Shown here: in pieces, positions 29,325 to 39,156 of the stretch | Layout of the letters: each line of letters begins with the position of its first letter | Numbering within the stretch: the stretch's first letter is position 1 | IMG/VR virus record: IMGVR_UViG_3300009081_000001 | Location: 23,060 to 87,059 of that record | Direction: 5' to 3' (one strand) | Origin: a virus | Length of the DNA stretch: 64,000 nt | Notes under the pieces: model-generated | What the model saw: the letters and a program-made list of their open reading frames with translations, nothing else | Database searches by the model: none | Told to the model about the DNA's origin: nothing | Translations under genes and position numbers: made by a program

Positions 29325-30794
29325 ATGACCAACGAAGTACTAATCAACTGCGAGGCCGAAGAGAGCGTGCTTGGGGCAATCCTGATTGACCGCGATGCAA
29401 TCACCATCATTGCCACCATTCTGGAACCGTCAGACTTTGGGAAGAAGGAACATGGGATCATCTACGCGGCTATGCTCGACCTCTACAAGAGCAACACCGC
29501 GATTGATGTTGTGACCCTGGACGATGCGCTTGAGGGTAAGAACCTCAAGCCGGTGGCGCGGTTCATCGACAGTGTGCCCACCTCTCTTCATGCAGAACAT
29601 CATGCAAACATCGTCAAGCGTATGTCGGTAAGGCGTAGCCTGCACGATGCAGCACAGAAGATTGCGATGCTGGCACACAATGACAGCGAAGAGGATACCC
29701 ACGGCCTACTCGCCAATGCCGAGAAGATCATCACCGAAGTAAGCCAGAAGACACCTACCCTTGTTACCACGGTCAAGAGCGAGACGGCACGGATATTTGA
29801 CGGCATCTTTGACCCCAAGGAGATAGTGGGGGATCGTGTCTTTACCGGACTGCCCGGCCTGGACAGTGCTACCATCGGCATAGAGAACAGCCGCTTTTGG
29901 GTAGGGGCAGCGATTCCAGGCACCGGCAAGAGCGCAATGACTGTCAACATCGTGCGTGGTGTAGCCAAGGTGAACAGGGACGTGGTGATCCTGTACTTCC
30001 ATCCCGAGCAGAGCGCCGGGGAGATCACGAGTCTTCTACTCTCTTGTGGGACACCCAAGCCGGAGACGCCGAATCAGTACATTCCCCCGTTCCGTATCAA
30101 GGCATTGCAGATGAGTCAGGATCAGAAGGATGAGTACCTGAACGCTGCAGCGTTCTTGCAGACCTCTACCGTGGGGCGCTATGCCAACGGCAAGGCAGAA
30201 GAGATGGCAAAGCGCAAGGAAGGGTATCTGAGCCAGGGATTGCAAGACTGGGAGATTGCAACACTCTCTGCAAGCCGCGCCGAGATAGAAGATAAGACCA
30301 TCATCCTCAACGACCCGTCGGGCGAGACGATCCACAAGATCCGTGCCACCGTGCGCCGTGTCCGTGCCAGGATGCACCCTGATACGTTTCTGCTTGTCAT
30401 CTTCGATGGGATGCACCTGATCCCCGGCAACGGAGAGGGCAGCAGACTGGCGGAGCTAATGACTGTCACCAGGACGTTCAAGCAGATGGCACAAAAGGAC
30501 GTTAGCCCCGGCGCAGTCATGGTCAACCACCAGTTGGTCAAAGCGTTCTTCAACGAGAAGCAGAACAGGGTGTACCACAATGGTCTCTTGAGGGACAGTG
30601 GCACCATTGCCCAGGACGCCGATGTGATCTACTTCTTGGACAGGCCCAGTGTATGGGAGAATGGCAAGACGGTAGGGACGTGGGATAACATGGATATGAT
30701 CTGCACCAAGAATAGGCAGACCAGCACCGAGTTCCGTTCATTCTTCCGTATGCACACGTCCACTATGAGGGTGGAAGGAAGGGACGTGATCTAA
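29325..30794 (+). CDS. dnaB: Replicative DNA helicase, DnaB family
   Basis: EAEESVLGAILID N-domain, Walker A AAIPGTGKS, LRDSGTIAQDADVIYFL, KNR. Confidence 0.9.
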   Translation: MTNEVLINCEAEESVLGAILIDRDAITIIATILEPSDFGKKEHGIIYAAMLDLYKSNTAIDVVTLDDALEGKNLKPVARFIDSVPTSLHAEHHANIVKRMSVRRSLHDAAQKIAMLAHNDSEEDTHGLLANAEKIITEVSQKTPTLVTTVKSETARIFDGIFDPKEIVGDRVFTGLPGLDSATIGIENSRFWVGAAIPGTGKSAMTVNIVRGVAKVNRDVVILYFHPEQSAGEITSLLLSCGTPKPETPNQYIPPFRIKALQMSQDQKDEYLNAAAFLQTSTVGRYANGKAEEMAKRKEGYLSQGLQDWEIATLSASRAEIEDKTIILNDPSGETIHKIRATVRRVRARMHPDTFLLVIFDGMHLIPGNGEGSRLAELMTVTRTFKQMAQKDVSPGAVMVNHQLVKAFFNEKQNRVYHNGLLRDSGTIAQDADVIYFLDRPSVWENGKTVGTWDNMDMICTKNRQTSTEFRSFFRMHTSTMRVEGRDVI

Positions 30795-31347
30795 ATGGAT
30801 ATGGCAGAGCACTACCGCAGACTGTCAGAGGAAGCGAAACGGATAGGCAACATGAGGCTGTATATCAAGTACCGCAAGATGATGCTGGCAGAGCAGTACA
30901 AGCATCGTATTTCCGACGGAAATGGAGGGGAATGATGGGTGAGTGGAAGTGCGACAAGCACGGTTGGGTTAGCGGAGAGCAGTGCCCTGAATGTGAGACA
31001 GAAGAGTGGGAGCCAGCCCTTGCGTTTGCGAGGAAAGAGGAACGGGAAAAGTGTGCCAAGGAGCTTGATGCCTTTGCTGCGGAACTGATGAAGCGGGCAG
31101 GCCGCACCGAGGATGAAAGGTGGCAGAATATGTTGAAAGTGATAGCTACTACCTTTGAATGGGCAGCGCGAAAGATTAGGGGAGGGGAATGATGGACGCC
31201 ATGAAGCATGAAGACAGAGCAAGAAGGGAAGCCCTGCAGCATAGGGCCGATGTGTTGGAGGAAGAGTTGAAGCGCAAGAAGAAGGAAGCGAAGCAGCTCA
31301 AGGAAGTGATTGATGGGCTGCGCCAGAGAGCGAAGGGAGAATAGAAC

Positions 31348-32250
31348 ATGGATCCGTTGACCAAAGCCTGCTCCGAATATGACGCCTACCTTAGAGAAGG
31401 TGGAGAGCCCGTTGATTTGAAAGCACTGGGCTTTAACACCGTGAGTCAGAGGACCAAGACGCGCAAGCTGCATCCCTCATCCTTGGGGCCTGGGTTGTGT
31501 GACAGGAAGGCTTGCTACAATGTCGCGTGTGACGTGGGAGACATAGAGCGCGACATTCCTGAGACACCGGAAGACAACCTAGGGCATCGCATCGGGTTCA
31601 TCTTCCAAGACTATGTAGCACAGACGTTGGCGTTCAAGGGTGCCCTCATCGACATGGAGATCCCCTTGGAAGACGAGTACTGGACGGGTAGGGCAGACCT
31701 GTTGGTGGATCCCTGTAAGCTGGACGTTACAGACTCTCGCCCTACAACCAAAGCACCTTGGTTGGTAGACGTGAAGACCGTGAAAGGCTACACGGTTGAT
31801 GATAGGTATCCGAAGACCTATCACATTGCACAGCTTGAGCGGTATCGTTCCATGATGACACAGCCCACGGTGCCCATCCTCTTCTACGTGACGCGCATCG
31901 ACTTCCAGACAGCCATGTTCTCATAGAAGTTTGACGGATACGATTGTACCCTCTTGAGCGATGGCAAGCCTAGCAAGATATTCGACAACCTGAACTACGA
32001 CATTGACGCCAGCGCAATGATGCAGGAGCGATGGTTGGTTGACGGCACACTTCCTGATCGCTGCGCTGGCACACCCGACGGTCATTTCATGTGCGCCAGC
32101 TACCAGAAAGGTGGGCCAGACCGGGGCAAGTACAAGGTCAACTGCCCGTTCTTTGCCAGGTGTTGGGAGCTGCCCTTGCCCGAGGGCCTGGTGTTCGACA
32201 AGGGTGCGTTCAGTAAAGATGACGACGACAACCAGTATCTTCCCTTTTAA
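31348..32250 (+). pseudogene. Cas4-like PD-(D/E)xK exonuclease interrupted by one in-frame TAG at 31924-31926
   Basis: HPSSLG..LCDRK, GRAD, VDVKT, QLERY upstream; the same frame continues to C..CPF..RC after the TAG. Confidence 0.7.
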
Positions 32251-32259
32251 GGAGGACGA

Positions 32260-33095
32260 ATGACAGACATTGCCAAGCAGAAAGAATGGGTGGTACGGAC
32301 AATCAAAGATGGCCAGGTGCAAATCTATGGCGAAATCTATGTACCAAGTCGCAAACACCAGGAGTATGATGGTCGTCTCGATGGAATGCGCTACGCCTTT
32401 GCAAGATACCGCAGTCCAAGGGAAAGGGTCACTATTTGGGAGCCCTTTATTGCACTATGGGGTACAGAAAAGAGATACCGCGCTTTGGGCAAGGAAGAAA
32501 TCGAGTACGGTCCAGAGTGCGTTGACGGTTTCTTTCCGTGGGAATGGTGGTATCGGCTGGACATAGCACATTCCAAAAAGGAGGCTCTACCATGAATAAC
32601 CTTGTGCTCAATCAGGTGCAGGCGTTGCATACCCTTATCGAGCAGAACTACCGCAATGACTCATGGTGTGTGCTACCCTGTAAGGGAGAGAAAGCCATGA
32701 TGAAGCTGCAAATCCACCTGTCAGACGTGTTCCCTAGCACCAAGGCCGGTAGGGAGAACCGGCTGGATACACTGGTTGCAATCCTGCCTCTCTTGAATCC
32801 AGGTAAGAAGCCCATCGACCTGGATAGCACCAATCGTCTGTGGATCGCAGAGATTTACGCCATGCTTACGTGGCTCGATGCGAATGGCAAGGCCAAGGAG
32901 GTACTACGCATCGTGAGCCTGGACCCGCAGGGGTATGCCGTGCAGTTAAGGAAGCTGTTGGGTTACATTGAAAGACCGGGAGGTAACTACTATGTGCCCG
33001 AGACGGAACCGGCGTATGTGGGAGATGGATGGTGGGCCTCGCAAGAGGGGGCACACGAACGGGAACGGCAAGAGAGTTATCTACCGCCCTTCTAA
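32260..33095 (+). other. Two hypothetical genes (32260-32595, 32592-33095)
   Basis: RBS-led ORFs with ATGA overlap. Confidence 0.6.
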
Positions 33096-33098
33096 GAA

Positions 33099-33497
33099 GT
33101 GTATTGCAGGGCTGGAAAGGTGGGAACAGTGGGCAAGACGGACATTCGTGCAGCAAGGTACTCGCTCAAGATAAAGCAAGCCCGCTGCCCTATCCCTGGC
33201 TGTTGGCGGGTGCCTACGGATGCACACCATACCCTTATCCGTAGGCATCCCGACCATCCTAGACTGTGGTGTAGGGAGAACATCACATTGGTCTGTCACT
33301 ACCACCACGTACCAGAGTGTGAAGACCTGGGATACTGGTGTGTGAGGTACAAACTTGAAGTAGAGGCAATGGAGCCCCGCGACATAGAAGTATGGGTAGA
33401 GAGCCTGGGGGAGCTATTCAAGGTTCCCCCGACTCTCCCCCCATTCTATCACCGGGCTGTTGCCGATGTATTTCCGTCGGAAATGGAGGATGAATGA
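33099..33497 (+). CDS. HNH-like endonuclease
   Basis: CPIPGC...DAHH...ENITLVCHYHH; start uncertain. Confidence 0.6.
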   Translation: MYCRAGKVGTVGKTDIRAARYSLKIKQARCPIPGCWRVPTDAHHTLIRRHPDHPRLWCRENITLVCHYHHVPECEDLGYWCVRYKLEVEAMEPRDIEVWVESLGELFKVPPTLPPFYHRAVADVFPSEMEDE

Positions 33498-34505
33498 AGA
33501 AGCAAACCAAGGACACCATCAGGCAGAAGTTGGATGACGCTGCCCGCTATGCCAAGCAAGCCAAGATGGCAGTGCAACGGGTAGACCGTGCGTCATTCCA
33601 GGCATCCTTGAGGGGTGCAAGGTTCATGCTGGATGCAGCAGAGTACTACTTTAAGGAGGGAATGGAGGAGTAAATGGAAGTCAGGTGGGTATGGGACGGC
33701 TATCACTGGACAGCGATATTCTTTGAGGAAGGCAAGATCCACACTCCAAGCCTTGTCCTACGAGAGCATGAACTTGTTGATGCTCTAAGGCAACTACAAT
33801 ACGATAAGGTATACTTCGAGAAACCTAGGAGCAAGAACGATGAATGAACTAGTGCTTGAGGCAGAGAAGGGCTACCTTGGACCGGCAGTATCACCTAACC
33901 CTATGGTCAAGATACATGGACCGGGGCCAGAAGGGGCAACGTGTGGTGGGTGTGTATACCTGTTCCGCAAGAGGTACACCAGTCGTACCTATCTCAAGTG
34001 TAGTATGCGGGGTGGGCTCACCAGTGGAGCAGCGACAGACCAGCTTGCAGGATGGATGGCCTGTGGATTGTGGGAGGAAACAGACGATGAAGAACAAGAT
34101 CAAGGATAGGTTGGAGGAACCGTGGGCAAAGAAACAGGTGGGACACACATTGGGGAATGTGCTATACTGGGTGCAGAACGGCTACCAGTTCACACAGGAG
34201 GACCGGACTTTGATAGAGCAGCTACATGGCTACTTGCAGGAGCCCTCTTGTTCAGCCTAATGGTCACTCTTGGCTACTTACTGCAACAGGAAGGGGAAAG
34301 CCTGTGGGTAACAACGCGGAGGGAGTAGCATTGCCAACAGTACGCCAGTTGCCAGAGGAGGGGATAGCAGTCATCCGGTGGCAGGAGTGTAACAGACAGA
34401 CTAGGATGGCGCTTAACTGGATGCAAGCATGTGCTCTTTTTGAGGGCACAACGGTCTACGAGTGGATAGATAGGAAGGGACACCTATGAATCACGAATCT
34501 GAAAC

Positions 34506-34534
34506 TTGACAAGGATTCTGAACTATAGTATACT
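34506..34534 (+). promoter_or_regulatory. sigma70 promoter of the RAMP-like operon
   Basis: TTGACA-17-TATACT, then AGGAGG RBS before ATG 34569. Confidence 0.8.
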
Positions 34535-34568
34535 GTTCACGTTCGCAATATAATAGGAGGGAACGAAA

Positions 34569-35189
34569 ATGGTACAAAAGAAATCGGAAGTTGTGGAAGT
34601 ACCGGCACTCAGAATTGAGTTACTGTCAGTTACCTTGGTAGGGGATTCCCCGCTCATCTGTCACCGCTTCTCCAAGAAGGCGAAAAACCAAATCCTTGCC
34701 AGTCAGGGTAAGCGCGTGAAGACACGCGAGGCAAGGGATCCAGAGGGGGAAGGTATGGACGCTGCCTATACTCTGCCCGTCCCTGGAGCCTATGGGTTCC
34801 CCGCATCTGCTTTCAAGCAGGCTGCTGTCAGGGCGGCAAAGCAAGTGCCCGGCATGACAATGGTGGATACACAGGGATACTTCTTTATCAAGGCGGCAAC
34901 GCCCGATGATGCAGAGCAGCTTGTCGGCCCCCTGCGCTACAGCGAAATGCAGATCAACGAGGATGCAGTTCGTCTCGCTGGCCCTGGTAGGCCGGTAGAC
35001 CTGCGCTTTCGCCCCTACTTCCTTAACTGGGAAGTTGACCTTGAGATCGAGTACAATGCCAGCCTTGTCAGCCCAGAGCAGATCGTCTTTCTTCTGGACT
35101 CGGCAGGGTTTGGCGTGGGTGTGGGTGAGTGGAGGCCAGAGAAGGGCGGCAACTATGGTCGCTTCCACGTAAAGAAAGGGAATGAATAA
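34569..35189 (+). CDS. Stand-alone Cas7/RAMP-like protein
   Basis: RAMP-like order of motifs: VTLVGDSPLI first strand, FPASAFKQA helix, RFRPYF..W strand, C-terminal glycine-rich loop AGFGVGVGEWRPEKGGNYGRF. Confidence 0.75.
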   Translation: MVQKKSEVVEVPALRIELLSVTLVGDSPLICHRFSKKAKNQILASQGKRVKTREARDPEGEGMDAAYTLPVPGAYGFPASAFKQAAVRAAKQVPGMTMVDTQGYFFIKAATPDDAEQLVGPLRYSEMQINEDAVRLAGPGRPVDLRFRPYFLNWEVDLEIEYNASLVSPEQIVFLLDSAGFGVGVGEWRPEKGGNYGRFHVKKGNE

Positions 35190-35191
35190 CT

Positions 35192-35749
35192 ATGTGGATG
35201 CCCGTCGAAGAGAGTGGTCGCTGTATCTACAGGTGCAAACCTGGCAGTCCTGTACCAGATGCACGAGCGCAAGAGATTGGAGAGTACATTGCTGACCTGG
35301 AAGAGAACAGCGGCATTACTCCTCATATCTTGCTCCAGGATGCTACTAACCCCGAGTCCAAGCTACACGAGTTCTTTGAGTGGGACGATAAGAAGGCTGG
35401 CTACCACTGGCGTCTGCAGCAGGCGCGGCAGATCATCAATCACTTTGAGATCGTCGTGGTCAATACCCGCGAGGAAGAAGAGACAAGGGTACGCGCCTGG
35501 CACAGTATCAACATCCGGGTTCAACCCCCCAAAGGACAGGAGTTTCACACGGAGACTGACAACGGGGAGCCCGAAATGCAACGGGTGTACGTCAACGCTA
35601 TTCAGGCCCTCTCAGTAGAAGACACACGCAAGCAGGTTGTAGCCAACGCCCTCAGAGAATTGAACGGCTGGCGTCATCGCTATCAGACATACGACGAGTT
35701 CAATCCTATCTTCACCGGGATTGAGCAGCTTAGTCTTGCCGAGGCATAG
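35192..35749 (+). CDS. Partner protein of the RAMP-like gene (function unknown)
   Basis: Begins 2 bp after the RAMP-like stop; LHEFFEWDD..AG..WRLQQARQII motif. Confidence 0.75.
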   Translation: MWMPVEESGRCIYRCKPGSPVPDARAQEIGEYIADLEENSGITPHILLQDATNPESKLHEFFEWDDKKAGYHWRLQQARQIINHFEIVVVNTREEEETRVRAWHSINIRVQPPKGQEFHTETDNGEPEMQRVYVNAIQALSVEDTRKQVVANALRELNGWRHRYQTYDEFNPIFTGIEQLSLAEA

Positions 35750-36120
35750 GCAGGCAAGGCGAGGCGTAGCGGGGCTTGTTGAGGCTTGGTGGGGTTAGGC
35801 ACGGCGCGGTGTGGCAAGGCAGTCTCGGCTAGGCGTGGCGTGGCCTGGCCCGGCCCGGCGCGGTGTGGCAGGCAAGGTATGGCAAGGCGGTGCAGGGTGT
35901 GACAAGGCCAGGCGAGGCTAGGCAGGCGAGGACCGGCGGGGCTTGTCACGGTGGGGCACGGCACGGCGGGGCAGGCAAGGTATGTCATGGCGGGGCAGGC
36001 GTGGCGATGTGTGGCGAGGCGAGGCGAGGCGCGGCGCGGCTGGGCGAGGTTCGGCGGGCGCGGCCTGGATTGGCGAGGCGGGGCACGTTCTGGCTAGGCT
36101 TGGTGGGGCAGGCAAGGTTT
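35749..36120 (+). ncRNA. GGY-NN pentamer array (candidate guide-RNA array)
   Basis: 68 pentamers (57 exact GGY-NN, 11 with one mismatch) and eight 4-nt GGCA/GGCG steps tile 372 bp exactly. Confidence 0.8.
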
Positions 36121-36162
36121 CATTTCCGTCGGAAATAGAAAACTACAAGAAGGAGAAAGAGA

Positions 36163-36732
36163 ATGCCTAAGCAGTATACGGTTTACTGGACCAATTACTG
36201 GACCAACGAGTACATGATACCTCTCAGCTTTGCTGCAGAGTCAATGAGATACGACCCCGAGCAAAAAGCCTACGAGTTCAAGACAGATGTTGGGGGGTTC
36301 CTCATCCCCAAGCAGCAAGTCCTCTATGTAGAGTGCGGCAAGCACGTCGGCCCGGCGCAAGCCTTGATAGAAGCAGGAAAGAGGGCCGCTCAGAAGAGGG
36401 GCAAGAACATAGCCATGACAGAGATTGATATAGACGAACTGCTGTCTACCCTGCCACCGGGTGAGGATGATGAATGGGACGTAGCGTTCACGGAGGATGA
36501 TATAAACGAGGCCAAGCGTAACAGGCTCTTTGGCCCTACAACAACTCAGAAGAGAGAGCTGGTAATGGCGGCACTCGCGATCCGAGATGCAATCGAGGAA
36601 TGGGGCTGTGTAAAAGCTCTTGCTTGCGATGACGATGAAAGCACATGGCGAGACTCCCTACCGGAAACCATAATGGCTGCCTATGATAAACTAGACGCTG
36701 CACTCTCTCCACTCTATGGCGACCCACTGTAG
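36163..36732 (+). CDS. Hypothetical protein
   Basis: AAGGAG RBS, 189 aa. Confidence 0.7.
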   Translation: MPKQYTVYWTNYWTNEYMIPLSFAAESMRYDPEQKAYEFKTDVGGFLIPKQQVLYVECGKHVGPAQALIEAGKRAAQKRGKNIAMTEIDIDELLSTLPPGEDDEWDVAFTEDDINEAKRNRLFGPTTTQKRELVMAALAIRDAIEEWGCVKALACDDDESTWRDSLPETIMAAYDKLDAALSPLYGDPL

Positions 36733-36759
36733 TCTATTTCCGTCGGAAATGAGGACTGA

Positions 36760-38178
36760 ATGAGAGCGGGAATCATGGCGAGGGTGAGCACCGAGGAGCA
36801 GCTTGCGGGCTATTCTATCGGCGCTCAGGTAGATGCAATGCTCAAGTTCTGCGAGGAACAGGGCTGGCAGGTCATGGAAAGGTACATCGAAGAGGGTGTA
36901 TCTGGCACAACGTCTAACCGGCCCGAGCTACAGAGAGCTTTGCGCGATGCAGAAGCGGGGAAACTAGATGTGCTGCTTACCCACCAGCTTGACCGCTTTT
37001 ACCGAAACCTGCGCCTACAGATCGAGACGCTTGGTAAGCTAGGAGAGATGGGAGTTGGGTATCTATCTATCACCGAGAGGATTGACTACTCAACTCCCAC
37101 CGGTATGCTATTCATGCAGATGTTGGGCGCGTTCAACGAGTACTATTCCAGCAATCTGGCACGCGAGGTTAGGAAGGGCAAGCAGGGTAGAGCAGAGAGT
37201 GGTTTGACCAATGCAACGTTCTTGCCCCACGGTTACAAGAGGGTAGAGAAGGAAGCCGTCATAGAACCAGTAAGGGCAGAGACAATCCATTACATCTTCA
37301 AGCTATATGCAACAGGGCTTTACTCCTATCGGGCAATTGCAGATAGGCTCAATGCAGAAGGACACCCCGCAAGCAGTAGGAGTAAGGGAAAGTGGATCTG
37401 GCAAGCAGTGAGGGGTATCATTGAGAATCCCTACTACATCGGTCTTATCAGGCACAACGAAAAGATGTATCAGGGCAAGCACGAACCTATCATCGAGCGC
37501 AAGTTGTGGGATATGGCGCAACGAGTGAGGGAACAACGTGCAACATCGTACACTCATTCGAGGACAAAGGAAACTTTCATCTTGCGCGGCACCGGCCACT
37601 GTCTTGCCTGTGGTAGTAGGCTGTATGCAGAGAGTCATGGGAAGAATAGGTACTACCGTTGCAGTGGAAACCAAAAGGGGGTAAGTTGCACAGTTCCATT
37701 TGCAAGGGTGGAAAAGGTAGATGCAAGTTTGGCAGAGCTTGTATCTCACGCGCAACTACCAGGAAACTGGCGTGAAGAGATTGCAAGAGCTATGCAAGGG
37801 CCAGTTTCCAACGATGGCAACAAGCGCAAGTACTTGCAAGAGAAGTTGCGCCGGTTGCGTGAGCTGTACCTTGAGGATGACTTTACCAAGGAGGAGTACA
37901 ATCAAAGGAAACGTGAATTGGAAAGTGAGATTGCAAGGCTACAACCACCAGGGAAACCAGACGACATTGACGCCGAGTTGATTGCAAACCTGAGTAAACT
38001 GTGGGAGGGAGCTGAGTTGCAGCAACGCACCGACCTTGCAAACATCCTCTTTCGTAGTGTAGAGGTAGATATGCAAGAGGAAAGGGTAGTTTCCTTTGAG
38101 TCGTACCCCGAACATGCAATGTTGTTCCGGCTTATCTTTGAGGAAAGGGAAGGGAAGTTCTACAATGGACAGGCATAA
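36760..38178 (+). CDS. Large serine recombinase (integrase)
   Basis: ARVSTEEQ catalytic Ser, SG...RPEL, LDRFYRN, recombinase domain, CLACG..YYRC..C zinc ribbon, coiled coil. Confidence 0.95.
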   Translation: MRAGIMARVSTEEQLAGYSIGAQVDAMLKFCEEQGWQVMERYIEEGVSGTTSNRPELQRALRDAEAGKLDVLLTHQLDRFYRNLRLQIETLGKLGEMGVGYLSITERIDYSTPTGMLFMQMLGAFNEYYSSNLAREVRKGKQGRAESGLTNATFLPHGYKRVEKEAVIEPVRAETIHYIFKLYATGLYSYRAIADRLNAEGHPASSRSKGKWIWQAVRGIIENPYYIGLIRHNEKMYQGKHEPIIERKLWDMAQRVREQRATSYTHSRTKETFILRGTGHCLACGSRLYAESHGKNRYYRCSGNQKGVSCTVPFARVEKVDASLAELVSHAQLPGNWREEIARAMQGPVSNDGNKRKYLQEKLRRLRELYLEDDFTKEEYNQRKRELESEIARLQPPGKPDDIDAELIANLSKLWEGAELQQRTDLANILFRSVEVDMQEERVVSFESYPEHAMLFRLIFEEREGKFYNGQA

Positions 38179-38286
38179 GATGTTGATTGAGAAACTTGCA
38201 GAGATTGCACGAGACATTCAACGGCGGAAGAAACAGCTTTCGGAAAGCAAAAGGTAGAGTGAAATAAGGGTTTCCCCTTACGAAAA

Positions 38287-38332
38287 GAACAAAGGTTCAG
38301 GTATTGACATTGGAAACAAGGTGTGATAGAAT
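38287..38332 (+). promoter_or_regulatory. sigma70 promoter with GAAC-N4-GTTC (LexA-type) box
   Basis: GAACAAAGGTTC 38287-38298, TTGACA 38304-38309, 17 bp, TG-n-TAGAAT 38327-38332. Confidence 0.8.
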
Positions 38333-39156
38333 GAGCGTGTTGGGTGAATCCAACACAGGGAGGGAATGAAAATGACTTGGGCAGAAGAGTTCCGCAAGAA
38401 GCTCCACGACGAAGAGGAAGCCAAGATTGCCAGGGTAACGGCGGCTGGCTTTCGAATCACCAGGGTCACAGAGGAAGAGTTTGAGGATGGTATCGGCGCT
38501 TGCGTCGGTGTCAATGCCCAAAAGGGCTATGTATTCTACACCCTGAATCAAGCCCTGCAAGAGATTGGCGAGTAGTATTTCCGTCGGAAATGGAGGAGGG
38601 AGAAGTGAGCGGAGCAAAGGGTATCCAGATTTGTGAGCGATGTGGGAAAGAGATCCGATCCGGTCGGGAAGTGTGGCTTGAGTACAACAACGGGAACGAT
38701 ACCTACCACAAGCCCGGCGACGTACCAGAGGAAAAGAGCTTGGGCATCTACGTGTTCGGTGCCGACTGTGCCAGGGCCATCTTGAGAAACGGCGGCAGGA
38801 AATGAAAATCGCGCAAGTAGAGGTTTGGGTCGTGTCGGTCGTTTGCCCGGAGTGCGGTGAAGAGGTTTCTGATCCGAAGTGTGGATCTCTCCAGTGGGTT
38901 GTGTATGAAATCGAGGGGCGTGTTCAGGTGTGCAACGTTTGTGGTAAGGAATTTAAGTTGCCCCTCTCAGTCAAGGGAGTTCTTGCGCGGAGCAACCCAT
39001 GAATCCAGTCAAGGTAGGCCAGTACGTTGAGGTAACGACAGGGGCACGGCAAGGGGAGAGGGGCACCGTGGTAGGTGTGACCAAGCTCTTTGCCAGGGTG
39101 TACATCAACGGCAAGCGGGCCATTGTAGGACTCAAGGACTTGAAGGTTATCAAGTA

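Noticed and set aside
30040-30290. Intein in DnaB
   Set aside because: The insertion is too short and lacks a His-Asn-(C/S/T) splice junction.
31924-31926. Genome-wide TAG reassignment
   Set aside because: Many genes end at TAG with the next RBS or gene directly following (e.g. ssb, 15006-16646, 35192-35749); no suppressor tRNA was seen.
35749-36120. Array as a classical CRISPR or simple microsatellite
   Set aside because: No 23-50-bp repeats with unique spacers, and positions 4-5 of each pentamer are too variable for a slippage repeat.
35683-36170. ORFs 35683-35988(-), 35863-36138(+), 35918-36115(-) and 35943-36170(+) over the GC-rich array
   Set aside because: Period-5 DNA gives stop-poor G/A/R or P/R/A frames; there is no RBS and the 5-nt period is not codon-based.
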